64,000 nt of DNA, from positions 1 through 64,000 of the forward strand of contig JAUCBJ010009017.1 of assembly GCA_032718475.1 (NCBI GenBank), in the 5' to 3' direction. The stretch comes from Nemertoderma westbladi (lineage: Eukaryota; Animalia; Xenacoelomorpha). Both the position numbers and the translations under genes were made by a program. Of this stretch, positions 39,056 through 52,400 are shown in pieces (the stretch's first letter is position 1; every line of letters begins with the position of its first letter). Under the pieces are notes generated by a model. That model did no database searches, had not been told where the DNA came from, and saw only the letters and a list, made by a program, of their open reading frames with translations.

Positions 39056-39734
39056 ATGATATAATATAACAAAGACACACTCTTTGGAGGACCCGTTGTT
39101 TACTATGTAGACTTTGTTCAACCTAAACAACTTAAGTCAGATTAACAATATTATCCTGTAAAATTTCTAAGCAATGACTGGTATGAATAATGCTGATCTT
39201 CGAACTATGGTTCTGTAATTAAATTTTATTACTTCAACTTTTATGCGGATTTACCAGTGAAAGAAACCTAGAATCCATTATCACAATGTAACAGTATCAA
39301 TAACCATATCTATTCTATGTAGATCATAAGAGAGACATCCTTGATTCATATATTATAATTTCCGAGCTGAAATGTTTCGGTGACTATAACTTACAGGCTT
39401 CGTATTATGTACAAACGACTGAGTAGTATATATTAATATTAATGGGTTACCGGTATATAGAACGAGTGTAGACTGGGAGCGAAAATATATTACATACAAT
39501 TTCGAGTAATATAAAATTAACGAGTCCAGTTCGTCTCCCCTCGTGTCATTCGACGCATACCCCCCCCCCCCCCCCCCCCCCTCCACACTTTTCCCTTTAC
39601 CTCGTGGTCTTTCTTTAAGTATAACTTCATTTTGGGTCCACCTTGGTGGGATAAATATTTCTCCATTTGACGCAACACCGCCGCGGCCGCTATGAGGGAG
39701 GTGAATACCGCGGCCGCTCCTAAAGCCGCAGGCC

Positions 39735-42062
39735 ATCGCTAACTATATAGGTTAACTTGGGATTCTGGGGGACTTTTCGATGAAGGAACTGACCAAATTT
39801 TTTTATTTTCTCACCAGGGGAGCGGCTCGGAATTCTAAGATATTAGCAACTCTAACATTATTAAATCTAACCCTTCGACGGACACGGCGGACAAAAATCC
39901 GTCATTTTTTCGACAATTTTAAAATTTTTTTAAAAGGCGCTCTACAGTGGCTCGAAAAAACCCTAGGTTATTGCTTAGCCGACGCCGGGATACGATAGAA
40001 GGGATTAATTAGTGAATTCGTTTTTTTTTTCAAAAAAGATTACCACGCCTTTTTTTCGAAAATGTCCGTCAAAGTTGAAAAAACGGACAAAATGACTTTG
40101 CGGGATCCGCTATAACTCGGCTAATATTAATCGTACGGGGACGAAAGTAACGCGGTTGGAAAGGGGAAGAGTGGTACTACCTTCGTATCGAATGGGAGTA
40201 AGATATTTATTAAAATTTCGGGTGGAAAAAGCGGCTGTAAATTTGTACGTTTTTGTCCGTCTTTTTTGGAAAACTTATTTCCGAAATGTTTAATTCGACA
40301 ACGCGGGTAGGAATCCACTAATTATTTTATGAAACTCGTAGAAGACCATTGGGGCTACGTTCCTATCGAATGGGGGTACAAAAAATATGTCGGCAATAGG
40401 GGCCAAAAAGGGCCAGAATTTGTAAATAAGTTTTTATCGAATAATTTTTTATTTTTAACTTTAGTTGGTTAAGGTACATTCTATACAGTCAATATCCATA
40501 CGGGGAATTCAAATATGCTATCGGTTTTGCTCCAAGGATGATATTAAAAAAATGAGGGCCAAAGTTATAATTTCGCGCTTCGCGGGAAATCGTCTAGCTC
40601 GAAAACTACTTAACTTACGGGAGATTTGTTTACACAGACAGTGCGTTCAATTATCTATCTAACAGCGTTAATCACAGCGCCGGAGGTATTATAAAACTGG
40701 AGCGGCAGGCGATCGCGTGAAATATAATATTTATAAAAAGGGACGAAAAATTTTTTTTTTTAACAAATCGCTATTCCATTATTATTTAGCGTATTGCGCC
40801 AAAAGTACCTGTAAAAAGTATCAAATTAACTCCGCTATCTTTTATCTTAACATATATAATTAAAATTACGAATTTTAAGGGTCGAAAAACATCGCGTTAT
40901 TTTGGCCCTTTTCTTTAATTTTTTTGGGGCCAAAAATAACCCCTTCTCAAAAGATTAAGAAAAAAATTACGGCAAAGAATATACCAATTTTATTGAATTT
41001 GGACCACCAGAACCGAAGTTAGAGCGATTTTAGTGAAAAAATAAAAATAATTTTTTTTGCAAAAAAATTAAGAATGGTCAGGTCAATATTGGATTTCGAA
41101 CCCGCGAACTTAGGTTTCATTAACGTGATTGATAACCACTACACTATGTGACCAAGAGAATTTGAAATTTTCGAGTGACTATTTTTAAACATAAATAACT
41201 TCGGTTCTACAGGGCCGTTTAATCTGAAACTTTTTTCATTGGATAGAGGATAGATTGTAGTGTGTGAAATAGGATAAAACTTGGGAAAAGACTTATGTGC
41301 ACTTAGTGCAAAATGCACTTAAATAGTGAACATTTTTTTTCGATATTTCAAACACTATTATTTCCAGTTCTATTCATCGTAGAATGTTATTTTTTGGATT
41401 AAAATGTAGTTTGGAATGATTTCTAACTATAATCGTAACATTTGTTTAACTTTTTATGTCTATAAAGTGACTTAAAATGTCCATGAATATGGTCCAAAAT
41501 CGCAAATCCAGATTTATTAAATTGGATTTTTGACACTTTTAGCGACTGACACTTGATCATACACCATCGTAGATCGGTAGATGATAAACATAAGTTTGTT
41601 AAATAAGAGCCACCATTACGATCTGCTAAAGTGCATTTGTACAAATAAGTGTGCAAAAGTGCAAATTTTTTAATAAGGTCAAATTATATAGTATTGGGTT
41701 ATTTTCTTTGCAGATCATTTTATTTTCATATTAATATGTTGTTTGAACCTTACTGAGCGCATTAGGGGATATGCGTACAAATAACCGGCCCTTATGAGGC
41801 TTCGATTGGGTAAATTAATAAAATATAAGGTTGTATAGTATAATATTCTAAAAACCAGTGTGATATTAAATGCACTTTAAATAATAAATAGAAATCAAAT
41901 AACAATTGGACCACACAATTAAAAACTCGCACAATTTTGTACTTATTATATCGCTTCAAATTAATTCAACAGTGGATATTTGGGGGAAGGGGGAAGTTAC
42001 AGTGTGCATTCGGGGGAAGTTTGGTGAACTGCATTTATGCAGTGAATCCAAACTCCCCCCTT
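39735..42062 (+). mobile_element. Non-autonomous interspersed element, copy 2 (longer; left boundary approximate)
   Basis: 40238-42062 matches copy 1; 39735-40237 continues with similar composition and shares the ttttgtccgt/acggacaaaa motif. Confidence 0.7.
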
Positions 42063-43858
42063 TGATATATCATATACTTAAGACATGCTAGGGTGACGGG
42101 GAAATATTTGTTACTGTCACACTTTGCTTCCATTTATCCTATCCTTTATTATTACCCCAGTCAGATAAGAGATAATAAATCAGTAAAAACTAAACTGTCT
42201 TTCATGCAAACAAATTTCTAATTAAAGACGGGTGAATGACCATGACCATGGAAATAATTTTAAATATAATTGTATATCAACTATTTGGGGAGGCTTCCAA
42301 GTTAAACCCGAAAACAATTATTTTGTTACATAGTAAATAACGTTGTATGTTCTTCTTCCTCTCATAATAAAATATAAATGAAATATCTCAGATCGCTATG
42401 CCCTGTAACATTTCACAACCAAAATATTTAAGTGTGAAAAGTGTAGGCCTACCACACTCCGCCCAAACAACCGCAAACGCATAGCCAACAAATTTAACAA
42501 AAGTTTACATACATGTTGGGTTCATGACGAGATGAGTGAAAATTGATCGCGTAATATAAAGTAAAAAATTAAGAGACGGGCTGGCTCTCCTCCACTTTCT
42601 TACCCAATGGATATGTTGTTGTAATAATCTAATATTGGGGCGGCTTTCTCTCGTTATCCAAGGCGGTAATCAGGCCCTGCTTACGGAGGCTAGTATACAA
42701 AGAGACAATAAACCAACGTTGCCGTGTTTTATGTAGGTAACTACCGCTATAATTATTTTTAACCAATAATGGATCAATGAGACCGCCAGTGTAATCAGGA
42801 CTGAATGAAAAAACGATCTTTACTATTATCACTGATTCTAAAAAGTGATTCTAAACAGTGTTGGTGTTTTAGAATTAATCAACACCAAACGTTAGACTTG
42901 AGCAGCCAACTGTAACAAGTCATAGGTTAACACTGGCGTAATCTCCCCAAATGAATATACACTAGGTTGTTAATTTCAAATTTCCAGCGTCAATCATCAA
43001 CCGTGACACGCGACACGTCAACGCCACGACATATTGCGAAGGCGCAAGTAAAATATTAACATTGTTATATGTATACAAGAAAAGGTTGGATTGATCTTTT
43101 AAAAATTGAGTTGAATTTCCTGACACGTATAAAATTTGGAAGGCGTTAGATTTCAACGCATGAAATTATCATACATACCACTTGTGGTAGGTCTACTGTA
43201 CATGCCTGTCAGGTATGGGTAAGTCCACTACCCACATTCAATATATACAGTACATGGGCTACAACTACAGTATATACCGTGCGCGTATATGTTTTTCATC
43301 CGCTTTTACGTAATTGTACGAAATAATACTTATTTGCAATTAAATCCAAATCGAAGAGTACCTGAACTAAACTGCTAGCTATTTTCTGATCTCGAAATTG
43401 GAATTAATTTTTAATATCTTTGCTGGTGCATGTGTCTACACAGATCCAACACATTTGTTTTAGACGCCCTATTAAAGTTAAAAAATTTCTGAAAATAGAG
43501 AATTATTTGTCTTTTATAAAAATGAGAAATCATTATTAGAGATTTTTGTCTAAATATTACATGTCATGTCATTTACTGCACACAGTGCACAGTGCACAGA
43601 CATAGTGTAAATTTAAATTGGCCGCTATAATCACCACCTTAAAAAAGCACTGCTATGATAATCGTAATTGACCAATCAATGACAACAGGTGTCTAAGAAC
43701 CACACCAAATACCAGTATCACTGAGCACTGTACCAGTACCGGTACCTCATTCTCAACTAAATACATTTCAGCATTAGGCTACTAAACTGTTCAACAGTTT
43801 CAGAGGTTACCAGTACAGGAGTCAGGGAGTAGGCCTGCTGAAATATTTACAAAACAAA

Positions 43859-43920
43859 ATGGGCTTTCAAAACATTTGGCACAGTCATCCTAAGAAATAT
43901 GGGCAAGGAGCGAGACGTTG
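43859..43920 (+). CDS. RPS29: 40S ribosomal protein S29 (uS14), coding exon 1
   Basis: [21 protein letters not shown], 62 nt, donor TG|gtaagt; matches the RPS29 N-terminus [21 protein letters not shown]. Not in the ORF track. Confidence 0.96.
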
Positions 43921-44407
43921 GTAAGTAGCCCAATTAAACTAAACTAATACCGGTACTGTACTGCTGTAAGCCCTAATTATTACTGAATAGGCCTACTGCA
44001 ACTGCAATAGGCTGATAGGTACAGCAATCAATACCTGACAGCCCAGCAGCCTGACGCTGACAGCATGATGACTGCCCACTGCTGAATTTCAGACTGAATA
44101 GGCTAGTTTATACTGGCTGACCGGCAGATCCTGAGATCAGCAGATCGTTATCTGGTCATCTCATACCAGCATACTGTCATAGGGCATAGCCTAGCGCTGT
44201 CAGGCTGTGTAGCGGCATAGGGAGGTAGGGTAGGCCTACCGGTACCGGTACCGTACCGGCAGACCGGTACGCTGCAGCGCTGACCACGACGTCTTTTGTA
44301 TTCTTTTGTACTATTTTGTATTTTTTTGTAGGGCCTACTTTTTTGTACAAATTCGTCGTACCCGCCTACAGCTGTACAGTGAGGCCTACTTACTAGGCCT
44401 ACAGTAC

Positions 44408-45657
44408 TACCATGGTGTAGGCTACTAAATAACAGGTCCCATGCAGCGAGTGGATTGCTGAAATTACTGAATTCAGAATTAGCGGTCTCTTCCCTATTTA
44501 TGGCACTATTTTCATAATATTTCCTTAGAAACTTCTTTTATGCTACTTGTGTTAGTGTTAGCGTTAGGTTGATATAATGACTAGGGTCCAACGGTCCATC
44601 AGTCCATAGAGATGTAATAAAATGTCTTTCTGGAAGTTTTATCTTATAGTCAGATAGTTGCCAAGGTAACCGGGTGCAAATTTCAAACTTTGCGCACCTG
44701 TCAGCCTGTATTTCAAGGCGACAATGGATTCTTCTTTCCTTGAGATTTGGTAAGTGATTAAAGGAAATAAAAGACTATCAAAATATTTTACATTTGAATT
44801 TGTTTACATTCCCGTTGCTATGGAAATAAGTATAATGCTGTAATGAAAAATTTGAAAAATTGTCTGCCAATTCTATAAAACACCATTTTTATTCCACTGT
44901 ATTCGGTTTGTCAGTCTAAATAATAAGTTAAAATTGCCAACATCTTATTTTATAATTCGTCAATTGTGAATCATATTTCTAAGAGATGAAGAGTCTAAAA
45001 GTCAATATTTGCCAATAAACAGATAAACTAAACTGCCCAATCGGTGAGCAAGACCCGTGATAGCATGATTTCAGGATTTTGACATTCCAGAATATTTAAT
45101 TTCGGTTAGCAATTATTAGAAATAAAGGACAGCCACCAGGCAGCCAGGCGCAGACATGTTTGTTGAAAATTATATAAGTCATTAAGTAGTAAATAGTAAC
45201 CCAATTTCTATCTGGCGGTCATAATGCGAAATTCTCGTAATTCCCCGTCACCATGGAAACGGGATTGAAAACACATTTATGTGTAAAATATTTTGATAGG
45301 CCTAGACTTTTATTCCCTTTACTCATATATATAGGCCTACCAAATCTCAAGAACAGAATCCTTTGTCGTCTTGAATTACAGGCGCTCGAAATTTGAACTT
45401 TTGCACCCGGTTACCGTAGCAACTACCAGACTACAAGATAAAAATTCCAGAAAGACATATTATTACATTGCTTTGAGAGTATGAATCCTAGTCATCCTCA
45501 TCATATCCACCTAACCAAATTAGCACAAGCACATAAGAAGTTTCTAAGGAAATATTATAAAAAAAAGTGCCATAAACTGATAAATATGGAAAGATCGGCC
45601 CACGCTAATTTCAGCAATCCGCTCGCTGCTTGACCTGTTATTTAGTACACCTTGGTT
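44408..45657. mobile_element. About 1.25-kb foldback/palindromic MITE-like element in the RPS29 intron
   Basis: Imperfect inverted arms over 400 bp: actaaataacaggtc/gacctgttatttagt, ataatatttccttagaaacttctt/aagaagtttctaaggaaatattat, ggtaaccgggtgcaaa/tttgcacccggttacc. Confidence 0.85.
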
Positions 45658-45779
45658 ACTACCACAGCTAGACTATGATAAGCGGACAATTCAATCAATT
45701 AATTAAATCAATCTACGGGATAATGCAGAGTAAGATCACGATCACGACACGACCCGTGCAGTAGACAGGTCACCTAGTG

Positions 45780-45983
45780 TCAGACAATCTGATAGTACCG
45801 GTAGTACCGGTGACTAAATCTGACAGTACCGGTAATACCGGTGACTAATAATCTGACAGTACCCCGGTACCGGTAGTACCGGTGACTAATAATCTGACAG
45901 TACCGGTAGTACCGCAGTACCGGTGACTAATAATCTGACAGTACCCCGGTAGTACCGGTGACTAAATCTGACAGTACCGGTAG
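45780..45983. repeat. Irregular ~27-35-bp minisatellite (gtaccggtgactaataatctgaca), left part
   Basis: The same repeat resumes at 57979 after the LTR element. Confidence 0.92.
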
Positions 45984-47234
45984 TGTAAAAGCTTCTGTGG
46001 GATCTAACTGGCCCCTTTTGCTTCGCAATCCAGTTTCCCCCCAGGCGCTGGAATACTCTAAAAAGGTTCTCTAACTGTATATATATTCCCCTCGCCCGCA
46101 AGGTACCGTTACAGGTGTTTTAACGGACATAAAAGTCATTCTGCTATATACGTGTTTTGGCGGACATGGTAAGGCAAAAAACCTGTAATGCACCAACTAC
46201 CTTTTACAGCTTAGCCGTGATGATTCATATTACGACATCTAACAGCTGGTTGCTGACATGGAAACAGCCATTGGATGCATGGTTCTTTGTTTGGCTTGAG
46301 CCAATCAGAGCGATTTTTCCTGTCGACGTGTAGCTTTTCGGTCGATCATAAGGAGAGTGTTGAGTCTTACTGCTTTACTTGATACTTTGTTGTTATTGCT
46401 GTCTAAGCCAGAAACACCGGCCTTTTGGGAAGAACTCTAGTAAAACTGCTTGAATTATCGAAAGTATAAACTGTTACCTCACCTAACTAATCTCAATAAC
46501 TCACTAATTAACATGCTCACTTAATTTAATTGCATTAATCATATTGTTTGTACTGTTATTTTACCGTCAGTTATTAATTGTACCTATTTGTTGATGGAAA
46601 TATTGCTCTTTGGATAATACGGATAAATCACCCAAATTCCCAATTTTCTTGATACACTACAGGTTAGAGAGACCGGCTATACATAACAATTGCGATTTAT
46701 ATTAATGTGGTGTGTATTGAATCCAATGTTATTTAGCAGACCCTACGTGAGTCAATTGTTGCTCTCTTTATGTGTGATCAAATATACTGACTGTCGGCAG
46801 AATAGTGTGTATGATTGTGATTGGTAACAAAGTATTTCCTAAAGAATACGCTTTATACTTCAATCATAAGCAGTATCGTTGCGTTTTAGTATAAGTCTTA
46901 GTTCTGTTTAAATAGATAAAGCACCACGTCCTAAAGGAACTGTTAATATTTCCCGAAAGCCAATAATATCTGTCAGAGATTAATTATTAACGATCTATCG
47001 AATAATACAGTAGGTATACACTGCAACCTTACACTGCAATAATAAAATTTAAGCATCCGAATTCAGCCTCCCGGGTGTAGATCCATCGGGTGAATGATCG
47101 CGCATGGGCTGTCTTCGGCTAATGTTTTGCGTATTAGCATAAAATATTGTCGTATGCTAAAGTGGTTTTAATTAACTAAAAGACATATAAATTTTGGCAG
47201 GTTAAACTGCTAAAGGTCTTCAAAAGCGCGAACA
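45984..47234 (+). repeat. 5' LTR
   Basis: tgtaaaagc...cgcgaaca; I noticed only two differences from the 3' LTR. Confidence 0.97.
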
Positions 47235-47247
47235 GTAACAGTTTATA
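47235..47247 (+). promoter_or_regulatory. Atypical primer-binding site complementary to LTR positions 46465-46477
   Basis: gtaacagtttata is the exact reverse complement of tataaactgttac; there is no TGG start as a tRNA PBS would have. Confidence 0.65.
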
Positions 47248-47529
47248 ATCTTATTGCAGTAGGCAATAGGGTTGCAAAATACCGTAGTGACTGGTAAAAC
47301 TGAACCGGTGCTTCTGTAGGTCAGTAGGCCTAACTGTCATCACCGGTACCGGTACTGCTGTACAAGTACATTTAGTATTATTCGATTTTGATCATTGTAT
47401 ACCGGTAGGCTGTTTAAGAGATTAGGGACTGTACACCCCTTGTTTCTTTTGGAGCTTACTTATTTCTGTCGGTTTTATTTCCTAGTAAGTTAATATTGAG
47501 CTGAAGACGTGTAAGTCTGCTCAGATTGT

Positions 47530-48110
47530 TCAGATAATTGTAGGCTGAACTGCTGTCTGACTGTTGTTGAGTTTGGAGAGATTGCGGCGTGTGTAGAGTT
47601 TGTCTGATAAAGTGCCGTTAGTAAGTTGGGGCAGCCATAAGCGGTAAGGTCAATCCCCTCTTAAAGAGTAAGTCGTACTACCGTGTTAGAACGCATACTA
47701 ACTAACAGTTTCAGAGTCTGCATATACTGTAGTTTATCTAGGCTTGATCGTAGTCTGCCAGTGTTTCGGCCTGTGTTTGTTTGTGTGGTCTGTTCGGGTA
47801 CCGTAATAGTTATTACTCAAATATTTGTAAGCTGGATTGTTGTCTAGCTGTTTTTAGGTCTGAAGGGATTGCTGCGTGTGTAGAGTTGGTCTGATCAAGT
47901 GCCGTTAGTAAGTTGGGGCAGCCATAAGCGGTAAGGTCAATCCCCTCTTAAAGAGTAAGTCGTACTACCGTGTTAGAACGCATACTAACTAACAGTTTCA
48001 GAATCTGCACATACTGTAGTTTGTTTAGGCTTGATAGTAGTCTGCCAGCGTTTTGGTTTGTATTTGTTTGAGTATTCTGTACGGGTAGCGTAATATTTAT
48101 TATTCAGAGT
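47530..48110 (+). repeat. Tandem duplication of about 287 bp in the element's 5' leader
   Basis: agtaagttggggcagccataagcgg at 47620 and 47907; equivalent pair at 26250 and 26531. Confidence 0.9.
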
Positions 48111-49412
48111 TTATGCGATTATTCGCAACATTCATGTCCCCAAGTTTATTCCTACAGTAATTGTGTTTGTTACACATACCGTTATAGTTAAACTAACCCC
48201 GGTACTACATCAGGGCTGCTTGGCGTAGGTAAAGACTGACGACTTTGTGCTTCGGTCACTCCAGCAGATGCCGTGGTTCTTTTAACTGTTCAAGTATATT
48301 TAACTACTGATTATTTGTTATACCGGTACTTGTACCTAATTTAGGGTTTAGTGTACAGTGCTTTCCGAAGTAATTAGTGTAGGCGGTATATTGTGTTGTA
48401 AAGTGGTTGATAGGCACATTCGTTAGCTCTATTAGCTTCTGGGTAGGAACAATCCGTGATACATAACGTAGTACCTATAGCGATACGGTTATAGGTCGTC
48501 AGGCGGTGGTATTTTCCTATCTGGACAGTACAATATATTTACTACTACTTATTATTTAAATACCGTAGTACCCTGTCCTTTGTAATAGCCAGAAATCTAA
48601 CCCTTTGTTGGACTGGTTTGTAGACTTCCTGTAAAATTACCCTAAAAATTTTGTACGTAATATTTTGTTGTGTTTAATTAGAGAATTAATCTCACCCGTA
48701 TCGTAAGTAATTTGTAGTATTAAGTAACTTAGGTAAATTAGAATTATCAGTTTTAGTGTCAAATAAATAGCACTTCACTTAGAGGCGTTCAGCTTCTGTG
48801 TAGTGACTCCCCCAGAAATAATAACATTTATTTCAAATATTGACAAAAACCCATGTAACGGGTATATAAATATTATAAATCAACTCAAACGATTTATAAA
48901 TAGTAGGCCTGTCACACAAAAACTAGGTCTCACTATCAGTTGGACTACTGCTTAAATAACGGTAATAAAGTAAGTTAAAGTAACTAAGTAACCCTAAAAT
49001 ATTCAGGAATTCAATTATTCTAAAAATAATTGACATACCGGTACTTACCATAGGCTTATTATATTTATCTCTATAAATTTGAGCTGAAATCATACCGGTA
49101 CTCTGTAATTAATTCTAGTTCATAATTATACTTACATGCTGTAAGTGTAAGCTGTATACCGGTATTCATTATAGGCCTACTATATATATATATATATTTG
49201 TGCTAAAATTATATACCGGTACTCTGTGACAAATCTAGTCTGTAATAATACTTATATATTATAAGCATACCGGTATTCTAATATATTGTGTATATATCAC
49301 GCTACACTGAGTAGCAGTATCGGTAATTAATTATTAGGCTAACAGTGATACTGAATTACTAGACTTGCTTTAACTGTAATATAGCAGTAGGCATTCGACT
49401 GTACAATCAAAC

Positions 49413-52400
49413 ATGGCTGACACAAGGCAAACTCTGTCAGATAGTCTCCTAGAAACAACAGACTGTTTCTCAGATCAAAGTGTAGAGAATCCCAGACCGA
49501 GGTCTGAAACCCCTCATACTGTAAGAAGGGCAACCCCTGCAGTGGTTGTGACAGAACCTAGGTTGGTAGAAAAGATTTCGCAATTTGCGAAGTTGGTGAG
49601 GCGCCGTTGGTCTGCCATAGGCACTCGGGCCCAAGTCGGGCGGGATCAAGAAGAAGCTATAAAACAGCAGCAACCTCCTAGCCAAGAACCTAGTTCTCAG
49701 CGGCCCGATAGCTCCAGTAGTTCGGATACTGTTGAGCGGACGCCCGAGCGCGGAGCGAAGATGGTGGATACGGTTTATGATGGGCGGCCAGCCTGTGGGG
49801 AATCAACCGACGCCACTTCTTCTCAAGTGGAAAGTGAGGTGGAAGGCGAAGTGGAAAGTGAGGTGGAAAGCAAAGTGGAAAGCGAGGTGGAAAGCGAAGT
49901 GGAAAGCGAATTAACATCAGCAGAGAAGCCGCGAACTAGAGACGCTATCGACATTTATTTGTCCGACTATCAGCGATTCCTAGGAGACGAAGAGTTGAGG
50001 AGACGGCTGTCTGGACTTTCCCCTAATAGTGAAGGAACCAAGCTTGTGTTGGACTCAATCGATGCCGAAATGTTAGCTGCAAACCAAGCTGAATGTGATG
50101 AAAAACTCCGCCTCATTAGAGTCCGAGAAGAACAAATAAAGAAAAGAAGGATAGAGGAACAAAAGGCGGCGGCTATGGCGGCGGCTATGGCAGATGCAGA
50201 AGCAGAAAGAAAAGCAGCAAAGGCGGTGGCTATGGCAGATGCAGAAGCAGAAAGAAAGGCAGCAAAGGCAGTGGCAGAAGCAGAACGGAGAGCGTCTGAG
50301 GAGACTATCCAATTGGAGTTGGAAAATCTGCAAGAGACGCAAGACAGTATAAATAAACAGTTTACTGCTAATCAAATGCAGATGATGAGTCGATCTACTC
50401 CCAAGCGCCAAGGATACACATCATCGGAGGAAGGCGAGACCACCGATCCTGAAGGCGGAGGAAATAGATCTCGTCTAAGCAGGCGTAGAAAAACATCTCA
50501 CCATCATAAACTGCCTGATTTGCCCCCAGCTGTCAGAAGACAACTAGCTAGCACAGACTTGAGTAGTATAGAACCTACAGCCCAAAGTATTAAGGTCCAA
50601 AGACTCTCTACAATAGTTGATGAGCCTGAGATAATTAGGCCTGTCGTTCCCAAAGTCACTTCTGTGTTAGAGACCCCTGTACTTCCAGAGCTTAACTCTA
50701 AATTCCCTTTGCATAGTACTACACTGCCTGTACCCGGTGGAACAGTCCAAGAGAATATCCCTGTCCAGATAGCAGAGAGAGAAATCAAAAATTTGTCTCC
50801 CGTCGTCCCGCGTCAGCCCGCTACTATGTTGGCGACTCCCGCTTCAGCGGTTGAGTGGGTGGAAGAGGGACGGCGGGGGATGAATCTCCTGCTAGGACAG
50901 ATGCAGGAGACTGTCCACCAACTTAAGGGAACAGTGAGGGAAGGTAGAGCAGAGTTGCAAGAAGTGCAGCAAAGTATCGCGCTAGAACGCGACAAATTAG
51001 TCAATATACAAAAAGGCATACCAATGCCCCCTGTAACATTGTGTCAACCCGTTAGGTCTGAAGTATTACATGCGCAAGGTGTGGAGCCTACACGCATCTA
51101 TGCTGCTAGTGAAGTTGAAACTCCTATAGCAAACCCTGTTGGGGGTGATTATAAACCTGTTATTAATGATATTCCCTATAGACCTGATAATGATCCGAGA
51201 AATTTATATACCGATAATTCGATATTAAATAACACGATGGTCCAAGAAAGCTTTACGCGTCAGATGGCTAGAACAGAAGCCCGCCAAGCGGTCAAAGTGG
51301 GAGAGATCGTCAAATTCAATGGAGACGAGATGAAATGGTTACCTTTCAACGAATATTACAAAGATAGCATACAGAACTCTGTACTATCTAACGGAGAGAA
51401 ACTTAGATTCCTCATCAAGTGCTTGGAAGGACCTCCCAAGTTAATGGCGTTAAAGTTTATTGGACATCCAGATGGATTAAGACAAGTTTGGGATACACTA
51501 AACATCAGGTATGGTAACAAGGATAACATAGCTAAGTATTTGTATGCAAAATTAGTAGCCCCCCGACACTTCCTTAGTAGCGAGATTATAGAGTTTTCCG
51601 ATGAAATTCAAGAGATCTGTAGACAACTGGACTGGTTAGGTAAGTCGCATGAATATCAGAGTTCCATGGTTATTGGAGCCGTAGTCTCTACTTTACCAAA
51701 GGGTGGAGTATGTACACGCTGGGACAAGAAAGTGTTGTACATGAATGAACAACAACGACGAAGTCCTACCATGGCTGATCTCATGTCTTTCTTAGATAGT
51801 GAAGTAAAATTACAACTCATAAGGCAGGCCAGAGAGAAAACATCGGAAAATAAGGTAAGTGAGAAACCCGATTCTAGGAGAAGGATAATACCAGTGTGTT
51901 ATACTGACGACGGCGAAAGCCAAGCTTCTCAAGAAGAGGACAGCGGGAAAGACACAGCAAAATCTTACTATGACAACAAGACCTATAAAGACGTAAGTAA
52001 ATACAAGTCTCGAACCAGTGACAGGAGAGAACAGGTAACAACAACTCCTCCTACGTCTCCTAAGAGAATTCACGGAAGAAAGCCTGAAGAAAGAACGAGA
52101 GTGCATAACGTTAACCAAGTTAAGGTGAGTAACATCAAACCAAAATGTGCGCTGTGCGACGGGCCTCACCGTTTGAGTGCGTGTGCTGAATTTCTAAAGA
52201 AATCCCCTGTAGACAGACGTACAGTCCTGTGGAATAAGCGGTTATGCTATAATTGCCTCAGATCAGGACACCAACGGCGAACCTGTTACTCCGACGCAAA
52301 GTGTGCAAAGTGTGGCGCGAAACATCACATTTTGTTACACAGTGAGTTCGAACGAGACAACCCGAGTCAGGTAAGTGAGCCCGAACTACATGTCCAATTC

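Noticed and set aside
35070-43156. Assorted 60-130 aa ORFs between the myosin-like exons and RPS29
   Set aside because: No recognisable motifs; several lie in the duplicated element and differ by frameshifts between its two copies.
47192-47215. tttggcagg as a tRNA PBS marking an earlier LTR end
   Set aside because: The same sequence is in the 3' LTR, and the TSD fixes the LTR end at cgcgaaca; it is better explained as a U5 hairpin.
47600-48010. Hammerhead ribozyme in the duplicated leader (ctgat... motif)
   Set aside because: I could not assemble the CUGANGA/GAAA core on either strand.
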